This document shows, piece after piece, positions 56,364 through 64,000 of a DNA stretch of 64,000 bases. How positions within the stretch are numbered: the first letter of the stretch is position 1; every line of letters starts with the position of its first letter. The notes below the pieces were generated by a model. The model had not been told where the DNA came from, searched no databases, and was given only the letters and a program-made list of their open reading frames with translations. The stretch lies in NCBI GenBank assembly GCA_964016885.1, contig OZ024747.1, positions 68,448,001 to 68,512,000 of the forward strand, written 5' to 3'. This stretch comes from Eledone cirrhosa (taxonomy: Eukaryota). A program made the position numbers and the translations under genes.

Positions 56364-57122
56364 ATTCAGCGAGAATCGTATTTCGGCTGGTAGAAAAAGC
56401 GAAACGAAACGCAAAATCGTAGAAATGCTGGCAAGCGCTCCAATAGTCAAGAAAACTAGAGCTAAACAATATGTTAAAACGCCATACAAACTGAAAAGTG
56501 GTCAAGAAGGCATTAACCACCTAAGCCAAAAAACAAATCAAGCTAAACAGGTCAAACAAAATAAATGATAAAAACAGACCTGGACGCAAATGGAATTGCT
56601 GGTAAAATCCAAATGCAGGGTTTCTATGACACCTAAATAAATAATACTGTCTGTTTAAAACTATAAACTTTCAGCATAAAGATCGAACAAGGAATATCAC
56701 GTTATCAACAGGTATTTTGCTCTGCAACCAACTTTGTGAATGACGTAGAACTTTGTAAAAGCACGTGTGTAACTCACAAGGGGAAAAACCTCATATTTTG
56801 GCAAATGAATTCAGTATGTGTATATCATGCAAAAAATTGCATAGATAGCACAAATCGAATAAGCACTCAACCGGGTAGTTTTTAAAATAAACTTATGCAA
56901 TTAATCTGTCAATAGAATTATTAACAGGTTAATTGTAAGACTCGGGAGATTAATACAAATATATATTCAGCGAGAATCGTATATCGGCTGGTAGAAAAAG
57001 CGAAACGAAACACAAAATCGTAAAAATGCTGGCAAGCGCTCCAATAGTCAAGAAAACTAGAGCTAAACAATATGTTAAAACGCCATACAAACTGAAAAAG
57101 TGGTCAAGAAGGCATTAACCAC
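56364..57122. repeat. Element with ~157-bp direct terminal repeats (56364-56520, 56965-57122; period 601 bp)
   Basis: Near-identical attcagcgagaatcgta...gaaggcattaaccac blocks, bounded by TA/CA microsatellite. Confidence 0.85.
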
Positions 57123-57218
57123 ACACACACACATATATATATATATATAATCAAGGTTTAGCAAATAAGAAAAAGTTTCAAAATAAATTTCAAAAAATTG
57201 ACTGTACTTATTATGGTT

Positions 57219-57305
57219 ACCTTTACCGAAACGGTTTCGAGTCTCAAAAATAAATGGATAGTCCTTGCGGGCCTCCATTGAAAAGATAAACTCTCGTCAG
57301 AAGGT
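57219..57305 (-). ncRNA. Type I hammerhead ribozyme in a PLE-like terminus (approx. 57150-57583) with inverted partial copy at 57528-57583
   Basis: Minus strand: acctt CTGACGA gagtt...gactc GAAA ccg ttt cgg TA aaggt. Confidence 0.85.
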
Positions 57306-57582
57306 TCTTTTCACTCGGAGAATATAAAATTCTCGAGTTCGAATTACGAACTGGCACTATTCAAAATTGTTCCCGAGATGAGAATGAATGATGTGGAAGC
57401 AATTCTGTCCAGTGCCGTGTGCAAAGACAGGGAGGTCAATCTACTACCACTATAAATAGCAGCAGTCAAAACGACCAAATTTTATCTCGACCAGGGGGCG
57501 ATTAATAATAATAAAGTATATATCCCTACATTTATTTTTGAGACTCAAAACCGTTTCGGTAAAGGTAACCATAGTAAGTACA

Positions 57583-57632
<50 letters not shown>

Positions 57633-57671
57633 ATATTAAATAAATGGAAACTATATTTATAAAACCATATT

Positions 57672-57736
57672 TATTTTATTATATATATTTCAAGGGCAAC
57701 CAAGACAACCTTGGTGCGCTTTCATCAGATAAAATA
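57672..57736 (-). ncRNA. Type I hammerhead ribozyme
   Basis: Minus strand: tattttat CTGATGA aag...ctt GAAA tatata TA ataaaata; perfect 8-bp stem I. Confidence 0.85.
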
Positions 57737-59762
57737 CAAAGTTTGTTTTATAAATAGAGACGTATCCATGAAAATCATACCTTATCGGTTGGATATTCAC
57801 TGAATAGTGGAAATATATTAGGGATTATTCAAACTTATGTGTGAATATGCAAATGAATATGTAAATAATTGAAAAACAACCGTTTATTTAAATGACACTG
57901 GAGAAAGAGAGAGAGAAAAAAGAGAGAGAAAAAATAAAAAATGTTACGAGAGAGATAGAGAGAAGAAATTAACAAGAGGACGAATAGAACTCGTGTCACG
58001 TTAATTTGGAGGAATATATTCTAAGTATATATCTACCAATGGTACGTGTATTTACGATTAATTAGTTGTTAAAATTCTTTTCTAATATATTTACTGTTAT
58101 AAGTAAATATAAAAATAAATAGAAAAATAAATAAATCAATAAATAGATAAATAGATAAATAAATGCATAGATAAATAAATGCATATCGTGTTATAGATAA
58201 TTGTTTTAATGAGAAATGAGGGATATTGGTTTTATATTTAATGTAAGTAAATATTAAGTTAAATTAAATTAAGTTAACTGAGTTAATAAGAATATTTATA
58301 TTTAAAATGGGAAGATACGGAAAAAAAAACTCCAGTTTTGTTTACTTATTCGTTAGTATGAGACTATTTTGTCAAAATAAGTATAAATGTTGAAAGATAT
58401 ATTTAGCCAGAATTAGTTAGTGGTTATAAATCTAATAAAAGATATTAAAAAATTTTATTAAAAAATATAAAAAATTCGGAAAATTTTTTTTTTTAAATAA
58501 GAGATAAGTAATTTTTAAAAAATAAGTAATTTTTAAAAAAATAAGTAATTTTTAAAAATATATTAAAAAATTTAAGAAATAAAAAATAAAAAATAAAGAA
58601 TTAAAAAATGTTAAAATTAAAATTAAAAATTAAAATTTAAAAATTAGAATCATATATGTATATATTTTAAAAAACTTTAAGAAGTGAAATTATAACAAAT
58701 ATTATAGATATGATTTAGAGATATCAATATATTAAATATAAGTATGTACACGTACATACATATATGTATACAGACGTACAGTAGTATGTATATATATATA
58801 CATACATGCACACATATATATATGTACGTATGGATTCACCGAACATTTATTATAATCCTCGGTGTGTTTGTAAACAAACATCCCGTATTAAGCCGTAGTG
58901 TCTAGCAATCATCGTTGCTCGTTTGTTCAACACTGACAAAGGAACGCTGTACTAGTTTCAAGCTTATTAGCTATCGTCATATATATATTAAAACCGAGTG
59001 GATAAGATTGTTATGGAAATAAGTAGAAATATTATAAGTGTAATTATAATTTATATATAGTTCTAAACGTTGAATTTAGGCGATGTCTACAAGAACTAAA
59101 TAAATTCGTTCTTACATTAATAGAGTTCTTACATTTAAGTATGAAAAACATTTCCTCAACACACAATTTGCAAAATCTAGATAAAGCTGTGTTACAGTAG
59201 GCGGGTGCTTCGAAATTATTTCCCAAGTTAAAGAATAGTCCATATTTTGCATTTTCTATAACACGATATACCCATCTATGCATGTATTTATCTATTTATC
59301 TATTTATCTATTTATTGATTTATTTATTTTTCTATTTATTTTTCTATCTATTTTTCTATCTATTTATTTTTATATCTATCTATTTTTTTATCTATTTATT
59401 TTTCTATCTACTTATAACAGTAAATATTATATTAGAAAAGAATTTTAACAACTAATTAATCGTAAATACACGTACCATTAGTAGATATATACTTAGAATA
59501 TATTCCCCCAAATTAACGTTACACGAGTTCTATTCGTCCTCTTGTTAATTTCTTCTCTCTATCTCTCTCGTAATATTTTCTTTCTCTCTCTCTCTTTTCT
59601 CTCTCATTTAAATAAACGGTTGTTTTTCAATTATTTACATATTCATTTGCATATTCACACATAAGTTTGAATAATCCCTAATATATTTCCACTATCCAGT
59701 GAATTTCCAACCGATAAGGTATGATTTTCATGGATATGTCTCTATTTATAAAACAAACTTTG

Positions 59763-59827
59763 TATTTTATCTGATGAAAGCGTACCGATGGTGTCTTGGT
59801 TGCCCTTGAAATATATATAATAATATA
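59763..59827 (+). ncRNA. Type I hammerhead ribozyme (inverted pseudo-LTR copy)
   Basis: tattttat CTGATGA aag...ctt GAAA tatata TA ataatata; one stem I mismatch. Confidence 0.8.
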
Positions 59828-59854
59828 AATATAATTTCCATTTATTAATATCAT

Positions 59855-59896
<42 letters not shown>

Positions 59897-59899
<3 letters not shown>

Positions 59900-60644
59900 C
59901 ACCATGCATTTGGGGAGGGAAAATCCAGCATCCACATACTCCCTCCACAACACTGATATCAAGAAGGCCGAGGGTGTATTGGCATCACTCAGCAAGACCT
60001 TTGTTAGCCGCTCTCCAGCCATCTATTTAAAGCTGTACAACCACACTTGGAATTCGCATCATCAGTTTGGAACCCCTATCTTGCTCAGAATATTGACCTC
60101 CTGGAAACTATTCAGAGACGTGCAACCAAGCGCATACCCTCCATCAGACACCTACCATACTCTGAACGTCTTGCTTCCCTGGACATGGATTCATTGAAGC
60201 TCCGACGTCTGGCAATGGACTTGGTAAACACCCACAAAGTTATTAACCATCTCGCCAACAACAACCCTGAGCACCTTTTTGATCTCCATGTGTCTAACAC
60301 ATGTGGGCATGCCTACAAAGTCAGAAAACAGCACAGCTCCCATGACTTTCGTAAACATTTTTTCACGCTTACAGTTGCTGAAGCATGGAACAAACTGCCT
60401 GCGTCAGTTGTTAGCTGCTGAGACACTGCATCCTTTAAAACCCTCATGCTCCCAAAATTCGCCAAAACTACACCTGATGTCCTCCTTCCATACACATGCA
60501 CACATGCACACATGTGTATATCATGACTCATGCACTGTTCATTTTCCTGACGTTTGTACATTACCCTATGTACTATGCATACACTTTTGATGAGTTGTAG
60601 TGCACCTGAGCACTGTACACAATATTTTCATTATTATTATTATT

Positions 60645-60647
<3 letters not shown>
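59897..60647 (+). mobile_element. 5'-truncated CR1/L2-group LINE with (ATT)n tail
   Basis: MHLGRENP...EFASSVWNPYL...LETIQRRATKRIP...YSERL...LKLRRL...RKHFF...WNKLP, then attattatt. Confidence 0.88.
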
Positions 60648-60675
<28 letters not shown>

Positions 60676-60804
60676 TAAAGAGATATTTAATTTGTTGGTT
60701 ATTTAACAAATTTATTTATAGCAGATTCGAAGCACTCTACAAGTTTTCTGGAGTATAAAATCAATGATATTAATAAATGGAAACTATATATATAAAACCA
60801 TATT

Positions 60805-60865
60805 TATTTTATTATATATATTTCAAGGGTACCAAAATTTTGGTACGTTCTCATCAGATAAAATA
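60805..60865 (-). ncRNA. Type I hammerhead ribozyme
   Basis: Minus strand: tattttat CTGATGA gaac gtaccaaaattttggtac cctt GAAA tatata TA ataaaata. Confidence 0.8.
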
Positions 60866-61170
60866 CAAAATTTGTTTTAAAAACGGTGACATACCCAAGA
60901 AACCAGACCTTATCGATTCAGGTTCAGTTTGGATATTGAAAGAAAAATTTCAAATCTTTAGGATGAATATGTAAATGAGGTTGAAACGTAAGGCTGAAAA
61001 CAGATTGTTATATTTAGACGCTAGGTAAATTTAAATAATTATTAGGATAATTTATAAAGGGAAGAAGAAAAAAAGAGAGAGGCTAATATTAATATTAGGG
61101 TGTAAGAAAATTTAAGGAATGATTATAAAAAAAATTATAGTTAGAAATACACTATTATTATTAAGATAAA

Positions 61171-61279
61171 ATCCCGCCGAGGTTGACTTTGCCTTTCATC
61201 CTTACGGGGTCGATAAAATAAAGTACCAGTAATGCACTGGGTAATTGCTGGCCTTGTGCCTAAAGTAGAAACAATTATT
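61171..61279 (+). mobile_element. 5'-truncated SINE family A with 16-bp TSD
   Basis: attattaagataaaat at 61157-61172 and 61274-61289. Confidence 0.85.
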
Positions 61280-61413
61280 AAGATAAAATTGTATGGATCA
61301 TATCAGTTATGGTGTAAAGAGAGTGATATAATTATATTTAATTATTTAATTATATAATCATATATTTTGGTAGTATCTATAAAATAATATGAGAGTTAAA
61401 AATGTGTTGAAGT

Positions 61414-61777
61414 TGTAGCAGGAGTTGCCTCCCTTGTTGTGACACTCACATCACCAATAGAGTAACGCTCTCTAGACAGGAAGTAGCTGGAGTTGCTTCC
61501 CGTTGGGGTGATAGAACCCTTTTTATCACTTCCGGCAGAACCCTATAAAGGAAATAACTTTCAGCTCCCTATCTCTCACTTGCCTTTTCGGCTCCTGGCC
61601 TTCGGCCAGGCGCATTCGCCTGGCGACCAAACGGTCACTAATAACTTTGCTTCATTCTCTCATCTATTCATTGACATGTCAACTATACTGTTCTATATAT
61701 CCACAAATTGTTGATTAAATATTATACACACAAACCACGTCTCATGTTATACTTATACAACCCAGTAACTTGTTATA
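61414..61777 (+). mobile_element. Probable solo LTR (Gypsy-like)
   Basis: Ends tgtagca...tgttata (degenerate TG..CA), 4-bp TSD aagt, internal tataaa and attaaa, GC-richer than the flanks. Confidence 0.6.
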
Positions 61778-62739
61778 AAGTGGTAGAGTACCAATTTAAA
61801 ATTAAAAAAATTGAAATATACAACTAATTATTGGATCTATTCAAATCATGAGTTATAATATTATATAGATAATATTTATAAGTATATTTTAAAGTTGTAA
61901 GTATATATTAGTTTATTATATTACAACGGGTTATTTATATAAGTATTTATATAAATATTTTTGGTGAGTATATATGTTGTTTTTTTCACTAGATAGATAA
62001 TTTAAATATTTTTATATTTTTATATCTGTTAAGGGTTACGAAGAATTTTGTGTTTACATTTTCACTACATAGTTAAGAAAAGGACGTAGTTATAAATTTT
62101 ATTTGAGAAGATTATTTTGTACAGTCAGATAGTTCCATCATGAGAGGAAACATTCACAAAAAAATTAGTAAGTCAACGAAAATATACAGAGAATTTAATA
62201 TTTATGTAAAGTTCAGTTTTTATGTAGAAGGAATGTTTAAGCGTGTTACATTATAAAGGAAAAGATAACTCCAATGTTTCTTAGTTTAAATATTTATGTT
62301 ACATTTGTCATTTAATTCTAGAATTTACTTTTAAAGAAATATACAATTAAGATATATGCGGAATATAAGTAGACAAATTTAATATATTATTTTGTATATG
62401 ATTATAAGGTATTTTATATTAGATATTTTCAAAGATGAGAATTCTTTTATATATGTATTTAGATAGTATTAGTTACATCAATGCATGTATTAAAGTCTAT
62501 ATAGTGAATTTAGGAAGAAAAAAAAATATGATTACAGGTATCATAAGTATATTTAGAAACATTATCAAAATTATCACAAAAAAGATATATTTCAAAATAT
62601 CATTGAAAACCATTAAAAAGAATATCATTTGAAAAATATTAGATAAAAAGAAAAATATCATTTAAAAATCACCACAACATCTCGACAAGAACATAGTGAA
62701 GACATATAAAATGTAAACAAGTGAAATATATTCTATAAA

Positions 62740-63490
62740 TTAAAGATACTTCTGAAAGTCATTCTTTGGCGATGTCTGCAAGAACTGAATAATTTTTTTC
62801 TTTTTGATAATAGTGTTTTGGCAGGTAAGTATATAAAATATTTCTTCAATACACAAATGACAAATTCTTGAAAGAGCTATATTTCGGTATGCAGGCGCTT
62901 TCGAAATCGTTCCCCAAGAGATTGAACAGTCAATATTATTGTCTTTTAAGTACCAAATTAGATGTGAAAGTGATGTAGAAAATTTTTTATCGGATCTATT
63001 AAAAGTATGTTTGTGATTATACCAGCGTTCTTTAAATTTTGTAGAAGTGGCTCCTATATAGTTATATATTTTATCTCTAGTTTTTACTGTGCATTTGTAT
63101 ACTAAGTTTTTATCTAGGCAATTATTCTGTAAAGGGCAATTTGATTCGTCGCTACAGTTACATTTTCCAGAGTTATTGTTACTATGAACGGTACTATTAT
63201 TATTAGTATTAATACTGTTATTAGTAATGTTAATATTGTTATCTTGGTTTATTTGGTTTGGGTTTAAATTTAAGTTTCTATTATTAATTCTATTTATATT
63301 TTGTGCTATGTTCATCGTAGTATAGTAAGATCGTTTAATAGTATATCTGTCAAAAATAGAATGGTATCTATGGGATTTAGGAAAACACTTATCTAATGCT
63401 TTGAAAAATAGGTTTGCTACAGGTGTTTTAACGCCTAACGAGAATGGGGGAGAGTACCAAATAATATTTCTAGTTCTAGTTTTTTTTGTT
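62740..63490 (-). pseudogene. Naiad PLE linker plus GIY-YIG endonuclease (frameshift near the C-terminus)
   Basis: RTRNIIWYSPPF...CNCSDESNCPLQNNC...LVYKC...YIGATSTKFKERWYNH...CHLC. Confidence 0.9.
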
Positions 63491-63585
63491 TGATTTACTA
63501 TTTATGTTAAATTGTTTATTATTATTATTATAGTGAATTTTAGGAGGATTTTGCATGTTATTGTTATCTAAGTATTTAATTTTAC

Positions 63586-64000
63586 TCATGTAGCCAACTC
63601 ATTGTAATATTCTACCTTATTATCAAAAATATTTTTATTAGCTGAAATGCGTGAAATTCGTTGCTGGACACTATTGACAATAATATTTTTTACATTTCTA
63701 GGATGGTTAGAATGGAAGCTTACGTAATTTAGGTTTTCATTAATCTTATGGAAAGGGTGATATAGACCTGAGCTAAGGTTTAAAGTTACATCTAAGAAGT
63801 TAACAGTTTTATTATCATTCTCAATTTCTAATTTAAGGTTGTAATTATTGAAAAATTCTATGATAGATTTCTTTTTCCTATTAAGTTCGCTATTGTTATG
63901 GTTTTCGACTATAAGTAACATATCGTCGCGATATAAACCTCCGGCCATCTCTGGCATTTTTCTATGTTGTGGAACTACTTCTACCAAACTTGTCCCATGG
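63586..64000 (-). pseudogene. PLE reverse transcriptase fragment
   Basis: GLYRDDML...VNFLDVTLNL...YHPFHK...YVSFHSNHP...RISRIS. Confidence 0.9.

Larger units (their letters stand above)
57628..59858 (-). mobile_element. Truncated Naiad-type PLE bracketed by ~570-600-bp inverted pseudo-LTRs (57628-58197 / 59253-59858)
   Basis: The arms are reverse complements. 59044-59253 encodes APAYCNTALSRFCKLCVEEMFFIL...LFSSCRHR, homologous to the 62740 ORF end. Confidence 0.9.
60675..64000 (-). mobile_element. Naiad-type PLE (RT, linker, GIY-YIG, long 3' UTR, pseudo-LTR); continues past the window end
   Basis: RT and endonuclease segments plus a same-strand hammerhead at 60805-60865; nested SINE and solo LTR. 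Confidence 0.8.

Overview
AT-rich eukaryotic intergenic/intronic window with no recognisable host gene. The SINE families and very long (TA)n tracts suggest an octopod cephalopod (inference). Most ORFs in the track are microsatellite translations. The real content is mobile DNA. (1) One full-length, apparently intact Tx1-clade LINE (49133-54925; ORF1 with CCHC knuckle, ORF2 APE-RT-ZnF) inserted in a (CTAT)n tract with a perfect 24-bp target-site duplication. (2) Many Penelope-like element (PLE) pieces of Naiad type (CxCx5Cx5C linker) and Neptune type, several with inverted pseudo-LTRs. (3) Eleven type I hammerhead ribozyme motifs read by eye, two of them in an ORF-less 538-bp tandem unit that looks like a retrozyme. 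(4) Remnants of RTE, CR1, CRE, R4/Dong, mariner and maT elements, hAT/piggyBac/mariner MITEs, a solo LTR, two tRNA-derived SINE families and several minisatellites. There is a 200-N assembly gap. All alignments and folds were done by eye, so remnant boundaries are approximate.
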